64,000 nucleotides of DNA from Candidatus Micrarchaeota archaeon. GTDB taxonomy: Archaea > Micrarchaeota > Micrarchaeia > Micrarchaeales > Micrarchaeaceae. The translations under genes and the position numbers were made by a program. Position 1 is the first letter of the stretch. Each line of letters starts with the position of its first letter. The notes beneath the pieces were generated by a model, which was not told where the DNA came from, made no database searches, and saw only the letters and a program-made list of their open reading frames with translations. The stretch is from the NCBI GenBank assembly GCA_027345565.1, contig DAHWIF010000005.1:1-64000 (forward strand). The letters run 5' to 3'. Below are positions 29,620 to 39,183 of this stretch, piece by piece.

Positions 29620-31784
29620 AATACCACGCTAACGTTGTATAGAGGCGCATTCGCGCTGGCGCTGATGCTCATCGGGAACGCCGCGGCGCTGACCTGATAA
29701 GCTGCGCTGAGTGACGGCGGAGTGAAGTTCACTCTTGCGTATGTAACGCCTGAAGGATATCCGATGTTGCCGTTGCCGCTGTAGTCGTTGGTGTCGCCAA
29801 GCAGGGGCCACCACCCCGCTATGGTGGAGTTCACCGGCAGGCCGGCGATGCCCTCGTCGTAAAGCGCTGTTATGCCCTGCTGTTGGAGCGGCACGGCATA
29901 TATCTGCAGGTCCGAGATCGTCCCGTTGAACGGCAGGCCGCTCCCGCTGGCGTCGTTGCCTATGCCGAGGTTGTTGTTGTCGAACGATATCATGTTTGTC
30001 GTATTGAAAGAGCCTATAAGCGAAGCATTTACATAGATGCTCGCCTTGTTCGTAACGGAGCTCCATACAGCAGTGATGTAGTACCATCTGTTGGCTGCGG
30101 GTTTGAACGACACCTCGTAGGAGCAGCCCCAGAAGTTGGAGGCCATGAAGAGGAGCCCGTAAGCAGTGCCGCAGCCGTTGGCGTTGCTGCCTATGTACTC
30201 CAACGCGTAGTCGTTAGTCTTGTTAACGATCGCCTGCGTGTCAGGATACGCATTGGAGTTGAAGCGCACCCATGCCGATATCGTTATGCCGGTGTTTGGC
30301 GAGTCGAGCGATGCGGAGCTCGGCACGCTGACATAGCTGTTTATGCCGTTGAACTGCGCCAGGTGAAGCGACGGCGCATACGTGCCGTTTATGTATACGC
30401 CGATGTTGGGGGTGCTGTACGAGCTGTTGAGTAGGCTTGTTGCACACCCCCCATAGCCATTCACGTACATGCTTGCTATCGCCTGCAGCACGCTGCCTCC
30501 AGGCACAGCTCTGCACGTGCCGAATACGTATACGGTATTGCCGGCAGATACGTATGCGTTGCCATTGGCGAGCGCCACATCCTGGAATAGAGCAGAGCTG
30601 GATTGCGGCAGCGTAGTGTCCCATACCGGGGAGCTGTTGTCCGATAGCTTATATGACAGGAAATGGTCGTTCGCCGCCAGCATATAGAAGGCTCCAGCCG
30701 TGGATGACGGCGTGGAATTTGATAGCGTGCTCTCTATGTGGAATTGCTTCGTGGTGCAGCCGCAGCTGACGTTTATCTGCCATACGTTGGTCTGCATCGG
30801 GAAGTAGATGTTGCCGCCCTCAAGCGTTCCGCCGCCGAATGAGCTTACCCCGGGTATGTTTATCGACCAGAGCTGGAGCCCGCTCATGCTGAGCCCGACT
30901 ATCTGGTTTGCGCTGCCGATTACTATGAGATTGCCCGCTATCAACGGAGTGGTTGATGTCGTTATGGACCACGTGTAGCTCCAGATCTGCTGCAATGCGC
31001 CTCCGACTACGGCAAAGCCCAGTACGTAGTTTTGGGATGCCGGAGCGCTGGTGCTGACTATGAACTCGCCTGAGCCGTACGCTGGCACGGTTGCTATGTT
31101 GGGCAGCGATTTGTGGAAGAAGCTGCCGTTAATCGGGCTCATTAGCACTACGTTGGCTTGGGCGCCGAACGCGATATAGCCGCCGCCCAGGGACATCGGC
31201 GTCGACTGCGCAGAAGGCAGCTGTGTAGACTTCCAGCTGAGCGAGCCGTTCCTCTGCACCGCGGAGACATAGCCTGTGGAGTTGCCGTATATTATCATGT
31301 TGTTGTAGATTATCGGGTAGAGTACATTACCGTAGACCGCCTTGCTCAGGATCGGGCTGCCTGTCGTGGCGTTTATCACATACAGGGTGTTGCCTGATGC
31401 AAATGCAGCCATGCCGTAGCCTACAGACACAGGAGAGCTTATCGGACCGCTTGCCGTGTGGGTGAAGAGGAGCTGCGGAAGCTGCGGCCCCACAGAGGAC
31501 GATGCTGCGAGCGGGCCTCCGTTGCCGAACGACTGCCATGTGCTTGCGGAGCCTAGAGTCGCGTTCGCTGCGGCCATCGCATAGAGTGACCCCGCGTCGG
31601 CAGCCACCGTCAGCCCTGTCCCCATGAGGCTCTGTGCGACGCTGAACGCCTGCGAGGTCAGCGGCTGGAATACCGGTGTGCCTGCGAAGTGCACATACGC
31701 GAGTATGCCTATGGCCGCTCCTGCAACTATCAGCGAGAACGCCGCATCGATCGTGAAAACGAATCCCTTGACATTTTGTCCCAT
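29610..31784 (-). CDS. Class III signal-peptide adhesin with PQQ-like beta-propeller and LamG domain
   Basis: MGQNVKGFVFTIDA; propeller repeats (G.L.W); C-terminal LamG. Confidence 0.82.
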   Translation of the reverse strand: MGQNVKGFVFTIDAAFSLIVAGAAIGILAYVHFAGTPVFQPLTSQAFSVAQSLMGTGLTVAADAGSLYAMAAANATLGSASTWQSFGNGGPLAASSSVGPQLPQLLFTHTASGPISSPVSVGYGMAAFASGNTLYVINATTGSPILSKAVYGNVLYPIIYNNMIIYGNSTGYVSAVQRNGSLSWKSTQLPSAQSTPMSLGGGYIAFGAQANVVLMSPINGSFFHKSLPNIATVPAYGSGEFIVSTSAPASQNYVLGFAVVGGALQQIWSYTWSITTSTTPLIAGNLIVIGSANQIVGLSMSGLQLWSINIPGVSSFGGGTLEGGNIYFPMQTNVWQINVSCGCTTKQFHIESTLSNSTPSSTAGAFYMLAANDHFLSYKLSDNSSPVWDTTLPQSSSALFQDVALANGNAYVSAGNTVYVFGTCRAVPGGSVLQAIASMYVNGYGGCATSLLNSSYSTPNIGVYINGTYAPSLHLAQFNGINSYVSVPSSASLDSPNTGITISAWVRFNSNAYPDTQAIVNKTNDYALEYIGSNANGCGTAYGLLFMASNFWGCSYEVSFKPAANRWYYITAVWSSVTNKASIYVNASLIGSFNTTNMISFDNNNLGIGNDASGSGLPFNGTISDLQIYAVPLQQQGITALYDEGIAGLPVNSTIAGWWPLLGDTNDYSGNGNIGYPSGVTYARVNFTPPSLSAAYQVSAAAFPMSISASANAPLYNVSVVLWR

Positions 31785-32326
31785 CAGCTCACCGACGATA
31801 CGCTGCCGCTCCACACCATCACCGTTATCTGCGCAGCCTCTCCGTTTATGAATGCACTCTTCCTGCTTATGTAAGTCGTTACAGAGTTGCCTGTCAGCGG
31901 GCTCCTGCCCATCGTTATATTGAGCGTGCTGCTGTTTATGATTATATAGTAGTTGAAGCTCGTGCCTAGGTCCTGCCCTGCCATAGAGTAGTTGTAATCC
32001 ACCATTGACATCAGCGCGTACATCTTCGCGGCCGAGAGGCTTGGAGACCCCTGTGACTGTGCAAGCCCTATCCCTATATCGCCCCAGGTGCTTACTGACG
32101 ATGTGTTGACCGCAGACTGCCAGTCCGCAGGACTTCCTGTAGACATTAGGTTCTGCGCCACGGCTTCCGACTGAAGCTGCATTATGTAGCTGGTCCCGCC
32201 TGTAGCAAGCGAAAGCTGGTTGCTTATGTCAAGCCATGCGATTGCCAATATCGTTATCGCCGCCAGGAATATTATCATTGCGAAGAGCGCGTCAAAGCTC
32301 CAGAACTGTGCCCTAAAATTGTCCAA
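31784..32326 (-). CDS. Minor pilin (class III signal peptide)
   Basis: FRAQFWSFDALFAMIIF; L..TGSP.DW; IGL motifs. Confidence 0.78.
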   Translation of the reverse strand: MDNFRAQFWSFDALFAMIIFLAAITILAIAWLDISNQLSLATGGTSYIMQLQSEAVAQNLMSTGSPADWQSAVNTSSVSTWGDIGIGLAQSQGSPSLSAAKMYALMSMVDYNYSMAGQDLGTSFNYYIIINSSTLNITMGRSPLTGNSVTTYISRKSAFINGEAAQITVMVWSGSVSSVS

Positions 32327-32332
32327 TCATAA

Positions 32333-35029
32333 TCACCCTAGCGTTGTATCAAGGCCTACGGCCCGCGGCATGCCCTGCAGGTAGAGCTGTTGTATCTGGT
32401 ATTGTGAAAGCGATGTATTGTATATCTGCGCATCCGCAACCCCGGCAGTGCAGCTTCCGATAGACCAACTTGACTGCTGCAGGTTCTGCGTTGTTGATAA
32501 GGACAGCGTATTCGAGACTCCGTCCAGCGACACGGCGTACTTGCCGTTAGAATAGCCGAGCGTAACGAAGCTCCATCTGTTTAGGGGCACACTGAGCTGG
32601 CTGTATACCGGGGTTTGAACGCTGGTAGCCGTGCTGGCACCGAGATATCCGCTCTGATTTATAATGAGATTGAATCCGTCACCATCTGCGCCCTGGCTCC
32701 CAATGGACGCCACGTAGCATAAAGAGACTGAATTGAAGCTGATCGGGTATACCCACGCAGCGACAGTCTTCGGTCCGGATCCGAGTATGGAGTTAGGTGC
32801 GTCTGGTATATCCACACCGGTTCCTTGGAAGGAGAACGCGGCAAGCTGCTGGCCCACTTTAGCAGTGTTGTTGTAGCTTATTGAGTTGAATGCCACATCT
32901 ATCGCATTTGATGATGCGTATGCATGGTTTGCATAGTTGTTCGCGTTGCCATTTAGCGGCCACCAGGCTTGGATGCCCTGGCCCTGCAGCGGTACAGAGG
33001 TCAGGCCTTGGGAATACATTGTTGCTACCTGGCCCGCAGTGAGCGACCCATTGTATATCTGCACGTTGGCTATCGTCCCGTTGAAGACGTAATTTAGTCC
33101 GGAGTATTCCCCTATATACTCCTCGGATGAGCTTCCTGGAGCTATCGCTGTGCGGTAGCTTCCTGCGAGGGTGCCGTTCACATATATGTCAAGCACGTTG
33201 CCGTTATATGTGCCTGCAACGAAATACCATGTGTTGAGATTAGGCGTTGTCGGATCACAGACCCTCAGTGTGTTTACCCCTATCTTAAACATATATGCAG
33301 TCGGGTTGCTCACCTGGTTATCACAGTTCGAATCGCTTTCAAGAAGCATGATGTGATTATTGCTTACCGGGTTCCCGCTCTCTATGACTTCGTTCTTGTA
33401 GCTGTTCAGGTGCACCCATGCGGCTATGGTGAAGTAAGGGAGGCTGAGCCCTGCTGATTGTATGAAGCTGGTTGCTCCGTTGAAATTTGCTGCGTTGAAT
33501 GCGGTGTTCGATGTGACCGGCAGGTACACCGCCTTAGCCTGTCCGGTCCCTATCACAAGAGAGCCGACGTCCCCCTTGCCGCTGAAGTCAGGCACGCTCA
33601 ATCCATCGTTTACGCTAAGCGGCCACCACCCCGCCAGGTCGTTTGCCGTGGTAAGGTTCCCATTGAATGGTTCCGCGTATATCGTAGCATTGCCCGAGAA
33701 ACCGTTAGCCGTAAGCAGCGTGCTCTGCTGCCCGGTCGATGTGGTGTTGGCTGCCACGCTGTTAGAACCGCCAAGCAGGTAGTTTGAGGTGAAGAAGCCC
33801 ATCGGCACATGCGGAGCCGCCACGCCTCCAAGTGTTGATACGCTGGCCAGCGTGTCCACCGAGTACTGATACGATATATCATTCGCCGCCCCGTTGTTGC
33901 CGTAGCCGCTGTAATCGTTCGCGTTGCCGTTGAGCGGCCACCATCCCACCAGGTTGCCAAGGCTAGCCGGAGGCGCGGCGGCCGGCCCCAGCGAGTATAT
34001 CTGGCCGATCTGGTTTGCAGGCAGCGAGGCGTTGTAGATCTGCGCGTTTATCACATATCCGTTAAGGTAAGTGGCGTTCGCGGGCGATCCTCCTATTATC
34101 ACATTGGCAGACCCTGTTATGCTTACTCCTGGGCTGGATGTGGCTACCGACAATCCATCGACGTACAGCTCCGCAATCCCAGAGCTCTTGTTATACGTTG
34201 CAGCTATATCGTACAGAGCGCCAGGGACTATCGAGTTCTGGCCGATTAGCTTAAACGCCCCTCCCCAGTTTATCAGGAATATCGGGGCGCCGCCGTTCGT
34301 TATTGAAAGCATGAATGGCTGCGCCGCAGCGCTAATCTCACCGATTACTGGGTTGTCGAGATAGGGCGTTGTTGAACCTGTATTCAGGCTTTTCAGCTCA
34401 ACCCACGCATCGAGCGTTATGCTGTTGCCTATCGTGAGTACGCTGTTTGACTGGACGCTGATCAAGCTGTTTGCTCCGTTGAAATACGGTGCAGCAACGG
34501 AGCCTGGCTGCGAAAGCACAGGCGGCCCGGCTAGGCTCGCAGGCTGTGGGGATGGGACATCGATGAATATGCTGCCGCCAGCATTCGCCACCTTGACATA
34601 GCCGGTATAGATAGGTATCCTGTATACGTTTATCCCGTTGCCGCTAGATACGAGCGTGCCGTTTATGTAGAGGTTGCGCGCGCTGCTCTGGGCTATTCCG
34701 GTTATGATTTCCTTCCCAACCGTCGTATTGGCTATTACTAGCCCTGTTGTTGATATCGATATGTTATAAGATACAAGGCCTATGCCAGCGCTTAGCGGCA
34801 CGAATGCGGAATAGCCGCTGCCGGCCTGCAGCGCCTGGTTTATGTAGCTCGCTACGCTCTGGGATATGAGCTGCATTACAGATGCCTGTTGCGCAGCGAG
34901 CGCAACCGATCTCTCGTTCGCTATCAGGGCGAATACAACAATGAATACAATCAGCACTATTGCATATATTATCATGAATTCTAGAGCTATCTGCGACCTC
35001 GCGCCAGCATGCCGCCACCGCCCCCCCAT
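32333..35029 (-). CDS. Class III signal-peptide adhesin with three LamG domains
   Basis: ARSQIALEFMIIYA; three LamG repeats bounded by FNG/FQG and QIYN...WWPL. Confidence 0.85.
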   Translation of the reverse strand: MGGRWRHAGARSQIALEFMIIYAIVLIVFIVVFALIANERSVALAAQQASVMQLISQSVASYINQALQAGSGYSAFVPLSAGIGLVSYNISISTTGLVIANTTVGKEIITGIAQSSARNLYINGTLVSSGNGINVYRIPIYTGYVKVANAGGSIFIDVPSPQPASLAGPPVLSQPGSVAAPYFNGANSLISVQSNSVLTIGNSITLDAWVELKSLNTGSTTPYLDNPVIGEISAAAQPFMLSITNGGAPIFLINWGGAFKLIGQNSIVPGALYDIAATYNKSSGIAELYVDGLSVATSSPGVSITGSANVIIGGSPANATYLNGYVINAQIYNASLPANQIGQIYSLGPAAAPPASLGNLVGWWPLNGNANDYSGYGNNGAANDISYQYSVDTLASVSTLGGVAAPHVPMGFFTSNYLLGGSNSVAANTTSTGQQSTLLTANGFSGNATIYAEPFNGNLTTANDLAGWWPLSVNDGLSVPDFSGKGDVGSLVIGTGQAKAVYLPVTSNTAFNAANFNGATSFIQSAGLSLPYFTIAAWVHLNSYKNEVIESGNPVSNNHIMLLESDSNCDNQVSNPTAYMFKIGVNTLRVCDPTTPNLNTWYFVAGTYNGNVLDIYVNGTLAGSYRTAIAPGSSSEEYIGEYSGLNYVFNGTIANVQIYNGSLTAGQVATMYSQGLTSVPLQGQGIQAWWPLNGNANNYANHAYASSNAIDVAFNSISYNNTAKVGQQLAAFSFQGTGVDIPDAPNSILGSGPKTVAAWVYPISFNSVSLCYVASIGSQGADGDGFNLIINQSGYLGASTATSVQTPVYSQLSVPLNRWSFVTLGYSNGKYAVSLDGVSNTLSLSTTQNLQQSSWSIGSCTAGVADAQIYNTSLSQYQIQQLYLQGMPRAVGLDTTLG

Positions 35030-35121
35030 TGAACCTTCTACTAAATCAATGGCAAATAATAAATAGTCTTGTTGGGACGCAGAAGGAATCAGAATAAATA
35101 GTTTGGCTGCCATAAAGCATC

Positions 35122-37245
35122 ATGGAGATAGCCTCGTTAAAAGGGAAAATCCCCTCCGAAATCATAGAGTCGATGGATAAGCGCGGCATCGCTAGGCTCA
35201 CCCCGCCGCAAGAGGCAGCGATAAAGGCGGGACTGCTAGAGTATGAGAACCTGGTTGTAGCTTCGCCGACCGCGAGCGGCAAGACCCTCATCGCAGAGAT
35301 AGCGTGCATGAGATCGATACTCGCAAAAAGGCAGAAAGCGGTCTATGTAGCCCCTATGCGCGCGCTGGTAACCGAGAAGTTCAACGAATTCCGCGAAGCA
35401 TATCCGTACATAAAGGCCGCTATGTCTATAGGGGACCTCGATGCGAACGACCAATGGCTCGCTGATTACGAGATGCTATTTGTTTCTACAGAGAAGTTCG
35501 ACAGCCTCATGCGCCACGGGATATCGTGGGCCAGCGGTGTCGGGTGCTTCGTCTTCGACGAGGTGCACATGCTCGGGGACATGTCGAGGGGGCCGACGCT
35601 TGAGATACTCATAACGAAGCTGCGCCTGCAGTCCAGCGCGCAGATTATAGCGTTAAGCGCAACTGTCGGCAACGCAAAGGAGATAGCGAAGTGGCTAGAT
35701 GCGAAAGCAATAGAGAGCGACTACAGGCCGGTAAAGCTCAACAAGGGGGTGATCTGCAACAACCGCGTATATTATGATAGCGAAGAAGCGGACGAGCCCA
35801 GAGAGAGCGCTCCTCTCAACGGCACGAGCAGGCTGCCTGAGCTGAGGCTGATCGAGGATACGATACGGCAGGGCAAGCAGGCGCTCGTCTTCTACTCGAC
35901 GAGGAGAAACGCGGAAGGGGGCGCGAAAAGGATAGCAGAATCGCTCTCTGGCATGCTCGTAAGGGGCGACTCTGCGGTGCTCGATTCGTTGAGCAGGAAG
36001 GTGCTTGGGGCGCTCGACAGGCCTACGGAGCAGTGCGTGAAGCTGTCGAAGCTGATAAAATCAGGGGTGGCATTCCACCATGCGGGCCTCCTCAACGTGC
36101 AGAGGAACGCGATCGAGGAGGCGTTCAGGTCCAATGCGATAAAGGTGATATGCGCTACGACGACTCTTGCCTACGGGGTGAACCTGCCTGCGCACACGGT
36201 GCTGCTCAAGGACATCCACAGGTACGAGAACTCTTCGAGTGGGATGATGGGAGTGAACGAGGTGACGCAGATATTCGGGCGCGCCGGCAGGCCAAAGTAC
36301 GATACGGAGGGGCGAGCGCTAATCATAGCCGCCAACATGGAGCGGATGAAGGAACTTTACAGGGACTACATAATAGCCAAGCCAGAGCCAATAGACTCTG
36401 CGCTCGGGGTTGTCCCTGTGCTGAGGTCGCATGTGCTCTCCCTAATCGCTACCAACTTCATCAGCTCCAAGGAGTCGATGAACTCCTTCTTCAGCAAGAC
36501 CTTCTACGGGCTCCAGTATAATAACATGGGCCATATGCACCGTGTTATAGATGAGGTGCTGCACGACCTCAAGAGGTGGGAGATGATAAAGAGCGACGGC
36601 AGGTCGTACGTTGCCACAAAGCTTGGCAGCAGGGTGAGCGAGCTCTATATAGACCCGCTCTCGGCGAAATGGATGGTAGACTCTATCAGCAACGTCTACG
36701 ACAGCCTCGACGTCCTTTTCATGATATCGAATACGTTGGAGATGAGGCCCTACGTGCGTGTTACCGCGGACGCCGAAGGTCATTACGCCGCTTACCTCCA
36801 GACGCACAAAAGGCTGATGCTGAGGGAGTTTGACCCCATGGACTATGGGAATTATGAACCAGAAGGTGCATTCAGCACAGCGCTGATGCTGAACGATTGG
36901 ACCGAGGAGATGAAGGAGCCTGAGATAGTCGAGAAGTACTCGTCAACACCCGGGGCTCTTTACACGAAGATAACGAACGCGGACTGGCTGATATACTCTG
37001 CGATAGAGCTCTCAAAGATACTGAATGTGCCTTATAGAAAACTCATAGAGATGCGAGTCAGGCTGCGCTACGGCATAAAGGAGGAGCTGTTAGACCTTGT
37101 CAGGCTGCAGCAGGTAGGGCGCGTCAGGGCGAGGACCCTATACATGAACGGGATAAGGAGCGTGAGCGACGTGCGCAATAACAGGGTAAAGGTGGTAAGC
37201 CTGCTTGGCAAGGAAACTGCCGATAAAGTGCTCTCGCAGGTATAG
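35122..37245 (+). CDS. hel308: Hel308/Ski2-like DNA helicase
   Basis: PTASGKT, DEVH, LSAT, AFHHAGL, QIFGRAGRP and GRVRAR motifs. Confidence 0.92.
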   Translation: MEIASLKGKIPSEIIESMDKRGIARLTPPQEAAIKAGLLEYENLVVASPTASGKTLIAEIACMRSILAKRQKAVYVAPMRALVTEKFNEFREAYPYIKAAMSIGDLDANDQWLADYEMLFVSTEKFDSLMRHGISWASGVGCFVFDEVHMLGDMSRGPTLEILITKLRLQSSAQIIALSATVGNAKEIAKWLDAKAIESDYRPVKLNKGVICNNRVYYDSEEADEPRESAPLNGTSRLPELRLIEDTIRQGKQALVFYSTRRNAEGGAKRIAESLSGMLVRGDSAVLDSLSRKVLGALDRPTEQCVKLSKLIKSGVAFHHAGLLNVQRNAIEEAFRSNAIKVICATTTLAYGVNLPAHTVLLKDIHRYENSSSGMMGVNEVTQIFGRAGRPKYDTEGRALIIAANMERMKELYRDYIIAKPEPIDSALGVVPVLRSHVLSLIATNFISSKESMNSFFSKTFYGLQYNNMGHMHRVIDEVLHDLKRWEMIKSDGRSYVATKLGSRVSELYIDPLSAKWMVDSISNVYDSLDVLFMISNTLEMRPYVRVTADAEGHYAAYLQTHKRLMLREFDPMDYGNYEPEGAFSTALMLNDWTEEMKEPEIVEKYSSTPGALYTKITNADWLIYSAIELSKILNVPYRKLIEMRVRLRYGIKEELLDLVRLQQVGRVRARTLYMNGIRSVSDVRNNRVKVVSLLGKETADKVLSQV

Positions 37246-37280
37246 GCTTTAAACCTTTATCTGGTAATACTCCTGTTTCT

Positions 37281-37478
37281 ATGTACGTATCAGAGGGCAC
37301 AGCAAGGCGCATGCTCAAGGAGGCGGGTGCTAAGAGGGTGAGCAAGGAGGCCTCCTCGGAGTTCCAGAAGAGGATAAACAGGTATGCGTACGATGTGGGC
37401 CAGAAGGCGGTGAAGCTCGCCAACCACGCAAAACGCAAGACCGTGACGGATTCAGACATAAAGCTCGCGGCATACTAG
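37281..37478 (+). CDS. Archaeal histone (HMf family)
   Basis: RRMLKEAGAKRVS..A....AVKLANHAKRKTV...DIKLA. Confidence 0.92.
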   Translation: MYVSEGTARRMLKEAGAKRVSKEASSEFQKRINRYAYDVGQKAVKLANHAKRKTVTDSDIKLAAY

Positions 37479-37777
37479 ACGGGCAATCCGAAGAACTTGA
37501 GTATTATGAGGGTGCCGACCGCCGGGAGCCCGAAGAGCGCTGTCGGTATCATCGTAGCCAGCTCTATCGGTATGTCTACGCCGAATATGTAGTATAGCGC
37601 AAGGAAGGCGACTATCCCCAATACGCTGTTTATTATTATCCCGAATATCACCTTGAGTATGAACTTCCCTACCTTGAAGATTATGAAAAGGACCAGGGCT
37701 ATGAGCGCGGCTATCACTATCTCGCTGAATACCGTTCCGCCTATCCCGAATACCACTGAACCGGAATAGCTGCTCAT
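37475..37777 (-). CDS. Small membrane protein, BofA-like family
   Basis: IINSVLG...IP......ALFGLP; three TM helices. Confidence 0.65.
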   Translation of the reverse strand: MSSYSGSVVFGIGGTVFSEIVIAALIALVLFIIFKVGKFILKVIFGIIINSVLGIVAFLALYYIFGVDIPIELATMIPTALFGLPAVGTLIILKFFGLPV

Positions 37778-37848
37778 TTAAGTAATAAAAATGGTTGCGT
37801 TTCCTCTATGCGAAAGGCATATTAATTTTCGAGAAGCATATTGCCAAT

Positions 37849-38083
37849 TGGTGGCGGGCGAGCAGCTTACCGAAAGGAGGAAGCTCCTCCCATACAGAGC
37901 ACATCCTGCCTAAGGCAATATCCGGAACAGAAACGAGACCACTGCCGCGCACAAAGCGATGACACCACGAGCGCGCGGGTGTGGATGAAACGCGCCGGGG
38001 AAATGTGCAGATGAGTATGCAAGGCCTTGAGCCGCTCAGTCAAATGCTGCATAAAACAGAAGGAGGGCTACGGCCCGCCACCA
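37849..38083 (+). ncRNA. rnpB: RNase P RNA (compact)
   Basis: P1 TGGTGGCGGGC/GCCCGCCACCA; CR-I GAGGAAGCTCC; CR-II ACAGAAA; CR-III GATGAAAC; CR-V AACAGAAGGAGGGCT. Confidence 0.92.
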
Positions 38084-38270
38084 TGTTCATGCTATCGCCT
38101 TCCCTTTCCTAAGACGCTCGCCGTGTATGTGAACGCTGCGTCCCATACCGGTCTCCCAAAGTGCCGGTGCATGCTCTGCCAGCACCTCGGCTACCGCGCC
38201 TAATCAAAACTCAAGGCATTTAAGCTCATCTGCATCTCGCCGTTCGTCCTATTGTACCACACACTAGAAT

Positions 38271-38900
38271 TCAGCGCCTAAGCCTTCGTAACTTCCTTTC
38301 CTCTTCAACCTCCTTGTGGAACGCCTCTATGTGTTCAATATACTCATCGCGTATCTTTTCACTTTGCTTTTCAAAAAACTTTTTGACGTGCGCGCGCATC
38401 GCGTTGCGCACATCCTCCTTGATGCCCTCATTCCCCCCACGTATTTTCTCGTATATCTCCTTCTTTGATGCCTCCAGCTGGTCTGCCGCTGCGGCTTCAT
38501 TCACGATGTACCTGGCCCATTGCCCGCTGAGCCCGGCCTCTTCAAGCCTCTTCACCATCATGCCCTTTCTCTTTGGGGTAAATGGCGGCATCAGGTTTTG
38601 TGATATCTGGTTGATGACCTTGTCGTTGAGTTCATACGCAACCCAAGCCACTGGAGTCAGCCCTTTCTTGAACAGGTCATAATGGCCTGTGCGCGCAGAG
38701 TTCGTCCTTCCAACACCTTTTTTTGAGAACTCCAGCACAAAGAAGCCACACTCCTTGTAATCCTGCGCAGTTAGGTTTGCGAAGCCGAGCATCCCGAGCG
38801 GCACAAGCGAGCCGTTCCGCAGCAGAGCGTGCATTCTTGAATAGAACTGCTCGTCAAGCTGCCTCTCCTTAACCGAATTTGCGCGATCTAGGCTGTTCAT
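38271..38900 (-). CDS. Hypothetical protein
   Basis: 209-aa ATG ORF with charged helical C-terminus; no recognised motif. Confidence 0.6.
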   Translation of the reverse strand: MNSLDRANSVKERQLDEQFYSRMHALLRNGSLVPLGMLGFANLTAQDYKECGFFVLEFSKKGVGRTNSARTGHYDLFKKGLTPVAWVAYELNDKVINQISQNLMPPFTPKRKGMMVKRLEEAGLSGQWARYIVNEAAAADQLEASKKEIYEKIRGGNEGIKEDVRNAMRAHVKKFFEKQSEKIRDEYIEHIEAFHKEVEEERKLRRLRR

Positions 38901-39031
38901 CTTAATACATAATTATGCCATCTCCAAAATATTTAAGCATTGCTAAAGTATGCAAAATATAGGTGTTTTTTCGCTAATTTGCAAAACGGTCCTGATGGGC
39001 TGCATCGGATGCGTGCTGCTCCAGATGGCTT

Positions 39032-39147
39032 TGGAGGGGGCGAGATTTGAACTCGCGGTCTCTAGATTTCCCGTCACTGCTTTCGCTCCGCACTCAAAAT
39101 GCTGTGCATATGAGTCTAGCGCTCTAACCAGGCTGAGCTACCCCTCC
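39032..39147 (-). tRNA. tRNA with CAT anticodon (probably elongator Met), 41-nt intron at 37/38 (39068-39108)
   Basis: GGAGGGG/CCCCTCC-A acceptor; CTAGA-CTCATA[intron]A-TCTAG; GCGAG-TTCAAAT-CTCGC; lacks the initiator A1-U72 pair. Confidence 0.9.
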
Positions 39148-39183
39148 TGAAGATAGATTGAATAAAAGGGTTAAAAAGCGTGC

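Noticed and set aside
6076-35029. Diversity-generating retroelement acting on adhesins
   Set aside because: No reverse transcriptase and no TR/VR pair differing only at adenines is visible in the window
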